From Escherichia coli (GTDB lineage Bacteria > Pseudomonadota > Gammaproteobacteria > Enterobacterales > Enterobacteriaceae), in the NCBI RefSeq assembly GCF_041248615.1, contig NZ_CP158425.1: a DNA stretch of 64,000 bases, one strand, 5' to 3'. Both the position numbers and the translations under genes were made by a program. Below are positions 50,308 through 60,241 of the stretch, in pieces; the stretch's first letter is position 1, and each line of letters begins with the position of its first letter. The notes under the pieces were generated by a model. The model saw nothing but the letters and a program-made list of their open reading frames with translations, was not told where the DNA came from and ran no database searches.

Positions 50308-50345
50308 CGCTCTATCATTGGTAAGGCTGTAAAATGTCTGCAAAA

Positions 50346-50378
50346 GGCCCCATCGGTAAATTGTTGGGGCTTTTTCTT
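50346..50378 (+). terminator. rho-independent terminator ending the relaxase/coupling operon
   Basis: GCCCCA-loop-TGGGGC followed by TTTTTCTTT. Confidence 0.6.
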
Positions 50379-50593
50379 TGCGTAGTTCTGATACGGTTTA
50401 TCCTGTGGAGCATTATGGCCACCAGCCAGCTGGTGACTGGCCAACGCTTTGTATGACGTAGCCTACTCAGGGCAGGCTATTTTAGAGGGACCGATTTTTA
50501 TCCGGGCTAATTTAGAAAGAGATAATTTGAACTTAGGCGGGCTGACCACCAGCAGAGAGGTAAATCACTAGCCGGTGATATTGACAGAAGTCG

Positions 50594-50956
50594 TCAGGGG
50601 TTTAACGCCGGAATATTTTGCCAGGCCTCCTGCAAGGTCTGCAAGACTTCTACAAGTGATAGTGACGGCCACAGGACTGTTTCCGTCATTATCACTCCAG
50701 GTGGCTCGCACTCTACTGGTACCAGAATTAAAACAACACGAGTTCCTTTTACCTGGTAGGCAAGGTTTACTGCCGGTTGGCGGTAGGAGGCCAGTACACC
50801 CTCACCATATTGAGCAGGGTTACTTGCCCAGTTCCGCACCATTGCATACACCTGAGGCATATACCGACTATCCAGATCCCCTTTGGGCCGTCTGAACGGC
50901 ACGATTTCTTCTGAGCGGTAGGTGGTCGTTGTTGTATTGGTTGTCATCTTTGTCAC
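50594..50956 (-). CDS. hypothetical protein (120 aa)
   Basis: ORF only. Confidence 0.35.
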   Translation of the reverse strand: MTKMTTNTTTTTYRSEEIVPFRRPKGDLDSRYMPQVYAMVRNWASNPAQYGEGVLASYRQPAVNLAYQVKGTRVVLILVPVECEPPGVIMTETVLWPSLSLVEVLQTLQEAWQNIPALNP

Positions 50957-51012
50957 CTCCCCTGTTCGTCCATTTAGAGTTTTAAGCTGCTTTACACATC
51001 ACACTCAACTGA

Positions 51013-51297
51013 TTATTTAAGCTGGTCATCGTCTCTGGCCAGCATAGCCCAACCATTCGACTGGTTTTCGCGGGAGTAAGGATTCATTTCAAAATAACTA
51101 TCTACCGCGTCGCTGTCCGCAACAGAACTGTTGTTAGCTCTCTTTGAACCCTGAACCACTACAGCATCAACCTCTGCGGCTTTCCCGTTGCGCTGTACCA
51201 GGATTTTAACCGTCTTGGGCTTACGTCTTGCGAGCAGTTTGTTGGCGATAAAAAGCACAACAATCCAGGCCAAAAGCACGTATAAAAATTTATTCAT
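51013..51297 (-). CDS. small membrane protein (94 aa)
   Basis: N-terminal TM helix MNKFLYVLLAWIVVLFIANKLL. Confidence 0.4.
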   Translation of the reverse strand: MNKFLYVLLAWIVVLFIANKLLARRKPKTVKILVQRNGKAAEVDAVVVQGSKRANNSSVADSDAVDSYFEMNPYSRENQSNGWAMLARDDDQLK

Positions 51298-51451
51298 AAT
51301 GCCCTCCTTTGTATGTGATTATTATACCTGCTTCCATTGCAGGCCAAACAGGTTCGGTGTATGAAAAATAGACTTCTCTCCGGCGTATAGCAATCTACTT
51401 ACTGATCTGTTTTCGTATCAAACTGTATGGCATAACCGAGGGGCGTACGTG

Positions 51452-51464
51452 GTGAGTCAGAAAG
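51452..51464. repeat. AAAAGT-N-ACTTTT motif instance (GAAAGTTACTTTT, followed by CCG)
   Basis: 12/13; intergenic, 155 bp upstream of 51297 gene start. Confidence 0.55.
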
Positions 51465-51653
51465 TTACTTTTCCGTAATAGTTAATTTCAGATCCTTCTT
51501 CCAGTTACGCTTCAGTATAAAACCGATACCCTCTAATTCAGCATCCTTCACGTTTAATACGCTTCACTTTAAGGCAGGGCTTTTCGGTTGATATGAATTC
51601 TTTTTCCGGTTGCTGGACATGGGTTTCATCCTGATAGTTAAAATTGCAGGCTA

Positions 51654-51956
51654 TCAGTCACCACCACCACCTCCTCCTCCTCCTCCTCCACCGCCACCAT
51701 CACAACCACCAGCTATGCTATTTTCACCATTACAATCACCTCCGAGGGGGTTCAAATGGCTGCTCCCCTGTAGATGGTGTCCTTGCCAGATCGAACCCGA
51801 ACCAGCGCCTCCTGAGCGTCTTTGCTTGCCCTGAGGCAATTGTGCAGGCTCACCAGCACCGGCGGTCCCAAAAATGTCCCGGGCAATTTTATAAAGAAGG
51901 TAAAAAGGTACGCCCAGCATCATAAAAAAGATTACTGAAAATATTACACGTTCCAT
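51654..51956 (-). CDS. small membrane protein with C-terminal poly-glycine tail
   Basis: N-terminal TM helix; C-terminus GGCDGGGGGGGGGGGGGD encoded by the GGN repeat tract; strand chosen by neighbours. Confidence 0.35.
   Translation of the reverse strand: MERVIFSVIFFMMLGVPFYLLYKIARDIFGTAGAGEPAQLPQGKQRRSGGAGSGSIWQGHHLQGSSHLNPLGGDCNGENSIAGGCDGGGGGGGGGGGGGD
51661..51707. repeat. CCN/GGN trinucleotide repeat tract
   Basis: caccaccaccacctcctcctcctcctccaccgccaccatcacaaccacc. Confidence 0.8.
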
Positions 51957-52388
51957 TGATGATCTCCTGTCTTGTGAGAGACCAGTTATATCAGGGTGAT
52001 TCAGTATTTCCGTTTAGAAAAGAGTACTAATTTGGCCCTGTTCGATCTTAATTTGCCATCCGGGAAAAAGTCATAGGGATAGGCCTGCCAGAGTCAATAA
52101 CTTCCAGTGATCTGGAGGAGACCCCGGCTCTCTGAGCCCTCATGGATGGTACGGCTTTACCCCCTGTAAACAGATTCACGTTCCGCAGGACAAACATCGA
52201 CTACTGACGTCTCATATTTGCTGACGCTAATCCGACGTCTCATTGCCGTCTGCTTGTTTTCTTTAAAGGGTGTATTAGACGAATATCAAATCGGAATGGT
52301 AGGGGATGTGTGGGCACCATGCCCGGCCCTCTTTGAGCATCTGAGAGATTGGAGACCTAGCCGGGTAAGATAGCTACTTTCTTACGGG

Positions 52389-52757
52389 TTACCCTTCAAA
52401 TCCAAAGACGAAACGGACGCTGCCGTTCTCCACGTGGAGACGCTTTACTTCTTCGACAAATTCCTGGATCACCTCTCCGGCGTTATCGGGTGGTATGGCT
52501 GACAAAATTTCTTCCGAAGTCAGCCATGAGTATGAATGTTCACCGAATAAATCATCATCTTCGGACGGTATATCATCAGGTAATCCGCGTAATGCGTGGA
52601 TAAAAACTGCTGATGTGCTCGCCCTTTCACGATCTACATCAAATCCGAGCCAGGCAAAGTGGAGATATGATCGGTCCCCTTTATAATTGCTTGATAAATT
52701 AATCCATTTACCAGGCTTTTCTTCCCTTTGAAATCGCCAGCAGATATCAACGCCCAT
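52389..52757 (-). CDS. hypothetical protein (122 aa)
   Basis: ORF only. Confidence 0.35.
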   Translation of the reverse strand: MGVDICWRFQREEKPGKWINLSSNYKGDRSYLHFAWLGFDVDRERASTSAVFIHALRGLPDDIPSEDDDLFGEHSYSWLTSEEILSAIPPDNAGEVIQEFVEEVKRLHVENGSVRFVFGFEG

Positions 52758-52921
52758 TAAGAAACTCCATTACTATCGTTCGTATGAGATAACTATCATT
52801 TCAGAATACTATGACTTCTTCCCGTATAGAACTAATCGCTCACGCCAACTGGGCGAAGCCAACCGGTTCCGCCACTTCGCTCATTGGTTTTTAGGCGTAA
52901 GCACTGAAGCCAGTCTCCATG

Positions 52922-53464
52922 CTAACTGGCGAGCCTGCGAAAGTCAGACTCGTTGTTATAAAGCGGCATATCGTAAGCGGTGTCTGAAATGAACATGCGG
53001 ATCTGCTCAAGCGTCATGCCACAATGAAAACGGTTTACGCTCACATTGGCCCGGGGGAAGTCAGCACAAAACGCATTCAAAACATTTTCATGGACAATGC
53101 CAATGTTGATCAACGCAGCTGGCCCGTTGTCACGGAAGGATACGACACGGAATCCCCCATACCAGCCTGAATGGGAGAAAAATGAAAATGCGCCGGATGC
53201 CAGACCATTAGACAGGTCATAGCGCAATTTCCCGCACAGAGACTGGCTGTCTTTGCTGTACACGCGATTAATGAAAATACCGGGACCAACTTCTACCGGC
53301 TGCTTGTTGCTTGCTAAACACGGAAAGCCCACCAGCGAAACCTCCCTTTCTCCTGACCAGTTTACCTGATACCCGGCAGTGAGAAAGTCCGTCAGTTCTA
53401 CGCCAGAAAGAGCATTAATGGCCGCGATATCGGTAGTCAAAATATTTACGTTTTTCATATTCAT
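52922..53464 (-). CDS. hypothetical protein (180 aa)
   Basis: ORF only. Confidence 0.4.
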   Translation of the reverse strand: MNMKNVNILTTDIAAINALSGVELTDFLTAGYQVNWSGEREVSLVGFPCLASNKQPVEVGPGIFINRVYSKDSQSLCGKLRYDLSNGLASGAFSFFSHSGWYGGFRVVSFRDNGPAALINIGIVHENVLNAFCADFPRANVSVNRFHCGMTLEQIRMFISDTAYDMPLYNNESDFRRLAS

Positions 53465-53525
53465 CTCATCTTTATTCTAAAGTGCGTTTTTTGTCTATCA
53501 GCCCGAGGATTGAAAATTTGAATAT

Positions 53526-53963
53526 TTAATGTGACAGATAAATACCTGTCACTTTTTCAAAAACAGCCTGTAATTGAATATCGAGAGAGTTCATTTTAAA
53601 ATCCACCAGCTCACCTTTATTATCGCAAACCAAATAAAAATAGGAGTCAAATGCGTCTGTATCTTCATCTTTAAAAATACGGAAGGAATTAATTTTATCA
53701 TGCCCTTCAAATTCGGCATGAATACCATAGCGAACCGAGCCGTCATCGAACTGAACAACCCGTCGTACAGAATTAATCCGGACGTACTGTTTTAAGGCCC
53801 TCGCGAAATCGGCATTTAACGCCAACGCTCGTAAGATTGAATCAGCGGTTTCATTCTGCTTTTTACGATCGTATTCAAATATCCCACAGCCGGTGTTACG
53901 AAAGACCGGCTGAAGAGCATTAACCAGGTTGAAGGAATCCACGTTTCTGTCGTTTCTGTACAT
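53526..53963 (-). CDS. hypothetical protein (145 aa)
   Basis: ORF only. Confidence 0.4.
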   Translation of the reverse strand: MYRNDRNVDSFNLVNALQPVFRNTGCGIFEYDRKKQNETADSILRALALNADFARALKQYVRINSVRRVVQFDDGSVRYGIHAEFEGHDKINSFRIFKDEDTDAFDSYFYLVCDNKGELVDFKMNSLDIQLQAVFEKVTGIYLSH

Positions 53964-54007
53964 GAGATATCTCCTGCCCCTCCGCTATACGAAGGGGCTT
54001 GATAGGG

Positions 54008-54304
54008 TTACTGCCAGGCTGCGATCACTTCTTCGCACTGGAAATGAGATAAGCACTGCTGGAGTAGAAGAGCCAGCACCGCTGTGTTAGGGACGCGATT
54101 GTTACACCACGCGTTGAAAAGCAGCTGCCATGGACCGGCATAATACCCGGCCAGTTTCTTTTTTTGTTTAGCTGTACGGCAGCGGGAAATGGCCTGCTGA
54201 TAAAGGCTTTCATTCTCATCACCAGCCCGTTTTTGCAGAGTGCGATAAATATACGAATAAAGACTGTCAGAACAGTTTGAAGCGTACGCCAGTTGTTTTT
54301 TCAT
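54008..54304 (-). CDS. hypothetical protein (98 aa)
   Basis: ORF only. Confidence 0.35.
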   Translation of the reverse strand: MKKQLAYASNCSDSLYSYIYRTLQKRAGDENESLYQQAISRCRTAKQKKKLAGYYAGPWQLLFNAWCNNRVPNTAVLALLLQQCLSHFQCEEVIAAWQ

Positions 54305-54424
54305 AATACCTCCTGTTTAGAAGTATTATATGTAAACAGCCTCAGCGGCTAATAACCCGTAGCAATATAATTTGCATTTTTTCTATTTCTGAAGACGCTT
54401 TTTAAATTAATATTTACTGAGTTA

Positions 54425-54703
54425 TCACAACTTATTATTCTTCCCGTCTGCTGTTTTATTAATCCCCCAGTTAGTAATCACGCCAAGTCGGCGCAATTTT
54501 TCACGTTGTTCATAAATAAAAAAATCGCCAAGGCAGTCTTTTAAAACTTCACTATCCTGATATTTTATTTTTTGAAGCATCCTCGCAACTATGGCGCGTT
54601 TCAGGAATATGGCTGCATCAGACTCAAGCATTTGTGAGGACTGTCTGACGGTCTCCTGCATGTCGACGATACTGCTGAGCTTTCGTCTGACCACGCTTAG
54701 CAT
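54425..54703 (-). CDS. hypothetical protein (92 aa)
   Basis: ORF only. Confidence 0.35.
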   Translation of the reverse strand: MLSVVRRKLSSIVDMQETVRQSSQMLESDAAIFLKRAIVARMLQKIKYQDSEVLKDCLGDFFIYEQREKLRRLGVITNWGINKTADGKNNKL

Positions 54704-54887
54704 AGTGTCCGGGAACCGCTTAGCGGCTGAATGTAACCCGCAACAACGTTACGCATTGTTTTACTCACTGCAATTTTCCATTTAAGTCTGTTTGTTCCAC
54801 CAGCTGCTAACATCAGCGTTATTCATCCTGAGGTTTCGCCCGCGATTGACAGATCAGAGGCAGCATGGATGAAATTGCCAGAGTAGA

Positions 54888-55169
54888 TCACTGCATACGC
54901 GAATAGTGGTTTGTATTCAGTTCTGCGTTTGCCTGCTTTTCCAGTGCTGTCATAACCCGGCGGAGCATCGCCAGAGCCTGAACAGGCGAGCTCCCAAACT
55001 GCACTTTCACTTCAGCCGTATCATGATCCTGAATCAGGTCGAGTATATTCACTTCGATCCCTGCCCCGTTTTCATCTTTTGCCGTGCACTGAATACTTAC
55101 CCGGGTCACCGAATCCGTCAGGACTGGCAGTGGGTTAGTTTTGTCTACGTTGATAACAGCCTTCTTCAT
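54888..55169 (-). CDS. hypothetical protein (93 aa)
   Basis: ORF only. Confidence 0.35.
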   Translation of the reverse strand: MKKAVINVDKTNPLPVLTDSVTRVSIQCTAKDENGAGIEVNILDLIQDHDTAEVKVQFGSSPVQALAMLRRVMTALEKQANAELNTNHYSRMQ

Positions 55170-55188
55170 TGCCCTGTTTCCCCTTGTC

Positions 55189-55232
55189 CTGAAAAAGTTA
55201 CCGACCCGTCCGGATGGAGGGGTCGGTCAGAA
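55189..55232 (-). terminator. terminator-like hairpin after the ParB-like gene
   Basis: GACCGACCC / GGGTCGGT stem followed by T-run on the minus strand. Confidence 0.45.
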
Positions 55233-55234
55233 AA

Positions 55235-56419
55235 TCATGACTGTCCCTTGTTCATCTTATCAGCATGCTTACGCAGGTACTCTTTCAGGTCAGCATGAGC
55301 GTTGATGATATCGTTCATTTCATCATTGGTCAGAACAAGCGTGTAAGTATCAGTACTGACAGATTCACCTTCTTTAAGCTTGGCTTCTTCAGCAATACGT
55401 TCAAAAATCGGGATCGCGGTGTCTGCAATGACGGTCACAGTCTTTTTGTTCAGAACGCTGGACATGGAAGGTGCTTTACCTGCCGGGTTCTGTTTAGGAG
55501 CGCTGTCCTTTGGAGCTGGAGCCGGTTCCTGTACCGGTGGCGTATCCAGCGTCTCCGTATTGCTTTCATCGTTCAGTTGATCCGGTACCGGGGTGTTATC
55601 GGTAGTATCATCTGCCGGTTGCTCAGCACCGATGTTTTCCGGAGTCTGCGGATCTGCCATGCGCTCTTCTACCTTGGCAGCTTTGACGAATTTCAGCGTG
55701 TTTTTCGTCGCCTTGCCATAGATGGAGATCGCTTTGTTGATGTTATCTACCGCATCCTCACCGCTGTACATATACTCGTCCAGTGCAACGTACATGCTCA
55801 CCTGATCGCTCACAAGCATGGTCTGTAGTTCAGAAGGCAGGTCCAGTACGCGAACCATCTGGCGAAGATGCTGCTCTGATTTACCACGTTTTTTTGCCAG
55901 TTCCGCAAAGGTCTTAGGCTCTTCTTTATCTTCAACCAGACGCTTAATTGAAAGCGCTTCAGCTACGACAGACAGCGCCAGGTTGGAGTTGCCGGTCAGG
56001 GTGAAGAGTTCTGCTTTTGAAGCGCTACCGCGAAACTCTTCGCAGCGAATACGAGTAATGCGTTCACGCCCTTCTGCTTCCAGCTGGCGGTTTGCAATAG
56101 CGATGGAACGGATACGGCAAGCCCCCTGACGCAGTACAGGTACGCCATTAACCATCTGAACAACGATAGGCGTCACGCTGAACGGGTCTTCCATGTAGGC
56201 ATCGGCCAGGCTGTTCAGGTGTTCCACAACGTGAGGCATTGAATAGTAGAGCTCGCCCATACCGGCCGTGCGGGTGTTAAAGCCTTCCTGCTCTACAACA
56301 ACCGAAGGGTCAATGATAAGGCCGTTGCCTTTACGGGCACCGTTACCAGTGCGTTCCAGGTAACCACGAAGGCTGATTTCGTTGCTGTTGTTTTTTACTT
56401 CAGTTTCGATTGCGGACAT
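55235..56419 (-). CDS. ParB/Srx-domain protein (ParB-like, orphan)
   Basis: N-terminal IIDPSVV..NTR and GACRIRS (GxxRxR[AS]) ParB-box-like motifs; acidic linker; no parA partner adjacent. Confidence 0.55.
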   Translation of the reverse strand: MSAIETEVKNNSNEISLRGYLERTGNGARKGNGLIIDPSVVVEQEGFNTRTAGMGELYYSMPHVVEHLNSLADAYMEDPFSVTPIVVQMVNGVPVLRQGACRIRSIAIANRQLEAEGRERITRIRCEEFRGSASKAELFTLTGNSNLALSVVAEALSIKRLVEDKEEPKTFAELAKKRGKSEQHLRQMVRVLDLPSELQTMLVSDQVSMYVALDEYMYSGEDAVDNINKAISIYGKATKNTLKFVKAAKVEERMADPQTPENIGAEQPADDTTDNTPVPDQLNDESNTETLDTPPVQEPAPAPKDSAPKQNPAGKAPSMSSVLNKKTVTVIADTAIPIFERIAEEAKLKEGESVSTDTYTLVLTNDEMNDIINAHADLKEYLRKHADKMNKGQS

Positions 56420-56508
56420 TTTTGTTCTCTTTTTTGGTTGGTTGTTTAACTGCGCTACAACACAACAATACCAGGTTCGACATTTTTCCTAATAGGTTGC
56501 GGAGAAGA

Positions 56509-56521
56509 AAAAGTAACTTTT
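56509..56521. repeat. AAAAGT-N-ACTTTT motif instance (AAAAGTAACTTTT)
   Basis: Perfect; 90 bp upstream of ParB-like gene start. Confidence 0.6.
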
Positions 56522-56634
56522 TTTAAAAATTTTCCTGAGGCAATACTACTCGATCCGTCCGTTTTAAATCTTCACAACAGTGGGCCGTTTTTACGTTTAA
56601 GCAAAATAACTGGTTCAGAAGGTGACTCAGAGAG

Positions 56635-56647
56635 AAAAGTTACTTTT
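56635..56647. repeat. AAAAGT-N-ACTTTT motif instance (AAAAGTTACTTTT, followed by CCGG)
   Basis: Perfect; 216 bp upstream of ParB-like gene start. Confidence 0.6.
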
Positions 56648-56834
56648 CCGGTTGTCTGGGCCAGTGATGGGAGAGTGGCAGGACAGGAATGGCTAAACCG
56701 GTGCGGGTCTCTTGTAAGTCGCAGGGGATTCAGGAGATATAGAGGTAAACTGGTACGTTCAGTTTTTGGATTGAGCCGGGCTTTTGGCCCGGGCTTAAGG
56801 AAGCAGAAATTTGAACGAACTGGCAGGTAATGCT

Positions 56835-57011
56835 TTATGCCGCCGACAGCTGGCCGTCAGTGCTTTGCTGTTCTGGTTTGACAGTTGGGGGATAACCGGC
56901 AGTTAGCCGCTGGCATTCCGCATCACAGAAAGCCCTGAGGTTGCTGAAGACGGACTCCATGAAATCAGCATGAGCATACGAGTCTACAGGACGTGTCTTG
57001 TTATCTTTCAT
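56835..57011 (-). CDS. small hypothetical protein (58 aa)
   Basis: ATG preceded by GAGGAGAA; shorter than ORF-track entry. Confidence 0.3.
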   Translation of the reverse strand: MKDNKTRPVDSYAHADFMESVFSNLRAFCDAECQRLTAGYPPTVKPEQQSTDGQLSAA

Positions 57012-57520
57012 CTTGTTCTCCTCAATCATTATTAAAACCAGCGGATTTAGTTTCTGGCGCTCCATCTGCTGACCGGCTTTCCCAGAGAGCAGCGATGTGT
57101 CGGGTTCTTTTTCTCATTTTATCGTTTTCATCGGGCCCATCCGGGCGTATAAGAGACCGATTTGGCATGTTTAGGAAACGTACTGGCGTAATTAAAAGCT
57201 GAGGTTGGATTTGGAATAAAAGGATGCTTTTCCCGTTTGTCGGGTCTTTCGCCACCGCTGCACGATGATTCTGTCAGGCATTCTGCGCCCTCCCAGGCTG
57301 CACATCTGGAAACAAGCGTTGGGATGTTCCCTTCCCCTGCTCACCGTAGAAAGATCGGCAAGTCCCGACGGTCGTTCCGTACGAGCCGGGTCCAAATAAT
57401 GAATAAATAAAACGCCGCTTCAATTGTATTGACAATAGAAGTCAGGAGGATCATAGTGTCATTCATGGTGCGGCTTTCGCACCACCGCCCCGGCGGTACC
57501 GGGCAGAACTGGAGTACCTC

Positions 57521-58465
57521 ATGAAACTTTCCCGTCAGACGACTTCTGATACTTCTGTTGATGGCCGTTCACGCGCATATGCCTGGGGCCGTGTCCATTA
57601 TTTCATTATCGAACATGCACCAATGGCTGAGCTGGTCGCTATTGACGAGCTGCTGGAAAAAGCTGGCTGGAGCAATGACGGCTGTCCGAACTATGAGAAA
57701 GATGACGAGTTTGGTAATGCTGGTTACAGCTGTGGTTACTGGATCGATATTGACAGCGTGGGAAGCTTCAAGGCTGACTACAAACGTCTTAAGGGGGAGA
57801 TTAGTGCGCATATCGCCTCAAAGGCGGCAGAGGTGGAGATCCGCGTACTGGACTCGATGTCCGACAAAGAATGTAAAGATGTTGCCTCGGTGGCATCTAC
57901 TGTTCGCCGTGACTTACGTACGCAGTCCGAATCGCTTCATTCACTGCGTACAATCGTAACGGTTGATCATTACAATCCCTATGTGACCACCAGCCGCCCG
58001 CTGAGCATTTCCGCCTGGACACTTATCCACGACTGTCTGAAAACAGGCACCATCAATGACGTCTGTTCACGGTTGAGTTCATTAATCCTGCACTCTGAAG
58101 CCGCGATTGCCCGTTGTAAGGGAAGCTCCGACTACTCTTCGGAACACGCTCAGCTATCGTTTTTTGCTGGTAACGACTATGTCACCAGACGCACCCTTGT
58201 TGATGCAGCTCACGAAGAGGCTCTGCGAATGAACCGCCGCTTTGATGAACGCATTGCAATGAACGCGGATTCTGATGCCAGAAGGCTCCAGTGCGAATTC
58301 AACCTTAGCAACCATGTCGTACAGCGTAGGACCGTTGAATCTGCTCATATCCAGGCACTCAATGAAGACGTCACCCGTTCACAGGCGGAACCACGCTGCC
58401 CTGGAAAGCTTCTTCTGAATATGACCAGTCATGAGGAAGTGCGGGACTCACTGAGCGCCTGTTAG
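57521..58465 (+). CDS. hypothetical protein (314 aa)
   Basis: GGAG upstream of the ATG. Confidence 0.45.
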   Translation: MKLSRQTTSDTSVDGRSRAYAWGRVHYFIIEHAPMAELVAIDELLEKAGWSNDGCPNYEKDDEFGNAGYSCGYWIDIDSVGSFKADYKRLKGEISAHIASKAAEVEIRVLDSMSDKECKDVASVASTVRRDLRTQSESLHSLRTIVTVDHYNPYVTTSRPLSISAWTLIHDCLKTGTINDVCSRLSSLILHSEAAIARCKGSSDYSSEHAQLSFFAGNDYVTRRTLVDAAHEEALRMNRRFDERIAMNADSDARRLQCEFNLSNHVVQRRTVESAHIQALNEDVTRSQAEPRCPGKLLLNMTSHEEVRDSLSAC

Positions 58466-58561
58466 TCCAGCGACACCCCCTGCGGCTCTACTACCGGGCC
58501 GCAGTCTGCTCCTGCCCAGATGGTGCCAGTGGTGTAATGAATTTGTTTAATAAGGCTAAGT

Positions 58562-59164
58562 ATGATGAATAAAGAACAACTAATCGACAAACTGGAACGC
58601 GTGGTATGTGGTCAGTACTCCTACGAAATGCAGGAGCTTGCGTATTCGGCCCTCTGCTGCATTAAAGGCACCCCGGACGACTGCGCTAAGTTCCCTGTTA
58701 CGCGTCCGCTGCCTGACACCTTAGTGGACGTATGGGACGAAATCGGGCAATACCTTGGCACAGGCAAAGCCATTGAAACTCGCAGTTGCGGCGTTTCGCT
58801 TCTGCTTCATGGACACTGCTACGATTCAAATCATGTGCTTTACTGGCGCAATGCTGGCGCACTTCCAGCAGCTTGCGATACGCCACTGGCTGGTGGGTCT
58901 CGCAAACTGTTCACCTGCTCAGCCTGTGGAGTGGACGGTCTGGATGAACCACCTGAAACCAGTTGCCACTGCTGCACAGAGGGGGCCCACTGGGTTGAGA
59001 GCAGGCTCTTCACCTCCGGGCAGGCAGACCCTGAAGAATTTAGACCCGTGGCGGTCGTGAAAGAGTGTGCAGGCTCAACGCCGGATGATCGGCTCATCTG
59101 GAGTGTGATTGAACAGCTCAACGGCGAACTGGCGGAAGGCGATAAACTATTTAAGCGACGCTGA
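58562..59164 (+). CDS. hypothetical Cys-rich protein (200 aa)
   Basis: Multiple Cys pairs. Confidence 0.4.
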   Translation: MMNKEQLIDKLERVVCGQYSYEMQELAYSALCCIKGTPDDCAKFPVTRPLPDTLVDVWDEIGQYLGTGKAIETRSCGVSLLLHGHCYDSNHVLYWRNAGALPAACDTPLAGGSRKLFTCSACGVDGLDEPPETSCHCCTEGAHWVESRLFTSGQADPEEFRPVAVVKECAGSTPDDRLIWSVIEQLNGELAEGDKLFKRR

Positions 59165-59217
59165 CAGATCACGGCAGCATTTATAACAGACGAACTCCAG
59201 AATAATTTAAAGCAACC

Positions 59218-59574
59218 ATGAACATGAAAAAGCCCAAAGCTGCATTACAGAATGCCATGAAAGAAGATGTGCCAGCTGTGACACAGATTCAGATGCGATC
59301 TACGGTTTCCAGAAAGGTTCGCTATGTAAAACAGGCAAATCGAGAGGGTCTGAAATTATCTGAGTGGATGTCGCGGCATCTCGACGCTGTCTGTGATACC
59401 GCAGATGAGATTCATAAAGGCAAACGCTCAACTCCGGTTGCGCCTGGGAAGATTCCCCCAGAGGTATACCAGGTGATATACGATCAGTGCGGCGGGTTCG
59501 TGGAGTGTGATGCTAATGCCCAGGTTATCTGGGAAGCCTGCCGTAATGCCATTCTTAACGGAGACAAAGGGTAA
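59218..59574 (+). CDS. hypothetical protein (118 aa)
   Basis: ORF only. Confidence 0.4.
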   Translation: MNMKKPKAALQNAMKEDVPAVTQIQMRSTVSRKVRYVKQANREGLKLSEWMSRHLDAVCDTADEIHKGKRSTPVAPGKIPPEVYQVIYDQCGGFVECDANAQVIWEACRNAILNGDKG

Positions 59575-59604
59575 ACGGCAGGTATCGCCTGTCATTTTAC
59601 CCTT

Positions 59605-59823
59605 GTGAGGACAATACTGATGAACCATGAGAGCCGAACTGTATACCTGAACACGGCCATTGAGGCCCTGCTGAAAGCTGAGGCGGCTCTGAACGATCTG
59701 GCATTAGCCTATGAGCTTAAACCTGATGAAAAGGCAAGCGCATGCCATCCCAGAACCGGCACACTTTCCACTGCGTCCCAGGTAAAAAAACTCCGCCGTG
59801 TCCTTGAGAAGCAGAAGGTATGA
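59605..59823 (+). CDS. hypothetical small protein
   Basis: ORF only. Confidence 0.3.
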   Translation: MRTILMNHESRTVYLNTAIEALLKAEAALNDLALAYELKPDEKASACHPRTGTLSTASQVKKLRRVLEKQKV

Positions 59824-60199
59824 AGGGCTGCATCAGCCAGGCCCGGATATAAATACATGCTCTGCCAGGTGAGTACCACTGCCCGGTAGCCGAATGATAA
59901 GTTTTGATTTCACGGTTGCAATTTCTCCCTCTGGCATCACTGCTCCACGATGCACCCCGATCAGCTTAGCGTCTGAAAATGAAGATGCACCGGACCTGCA
60001 TGAAGCGGAACGGTGCCCAGCTGAGTGTTTGTGGGCACAATGAACCGCAATTTCATGATGGGAATGAAAGATGGCTGGTGGCCCGCTGATATGAACGCTT
60101 ACCCTGCATAACGTTACTAACCACAATCTTTTCACTAAAAGAAAAAAGGGTTCCTCCGCTTTAGAGGAACCCTTTCAAAAGGTGCCGATGGCATACTAA

Positions 60200-60232
60200 T
60201 CCACACCCTGAAAAGAGGGGGGTTGCCCCCCT
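60200..60232 (-). terminator. strong GC hairpin immediately 3' of hok-like gene
   Basis: AGAGGGGGG-TTG-CCCCCCTCT followed by T-run on the minus strand. Confidence 0.6.
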
Positions 60233-60241
60233 CTTTGTCAG

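Noticed and set aside
51610-51925. Plus-strand poly-proline / poly-His ORFs over the trinucleotide repeat
   Set aside because: Opposite-strand reading of the same repeat; the minus-strand ORF has a TM helix and matches flanking gene orientation, but the choice is low confidence.
59833-60135. 100-aa minus-strand ORF downstream of hok
   Set aside because: No ribosome-binding site, composition atypical, and it overlaps the hok 3' hairpin region; more likely untranslated.
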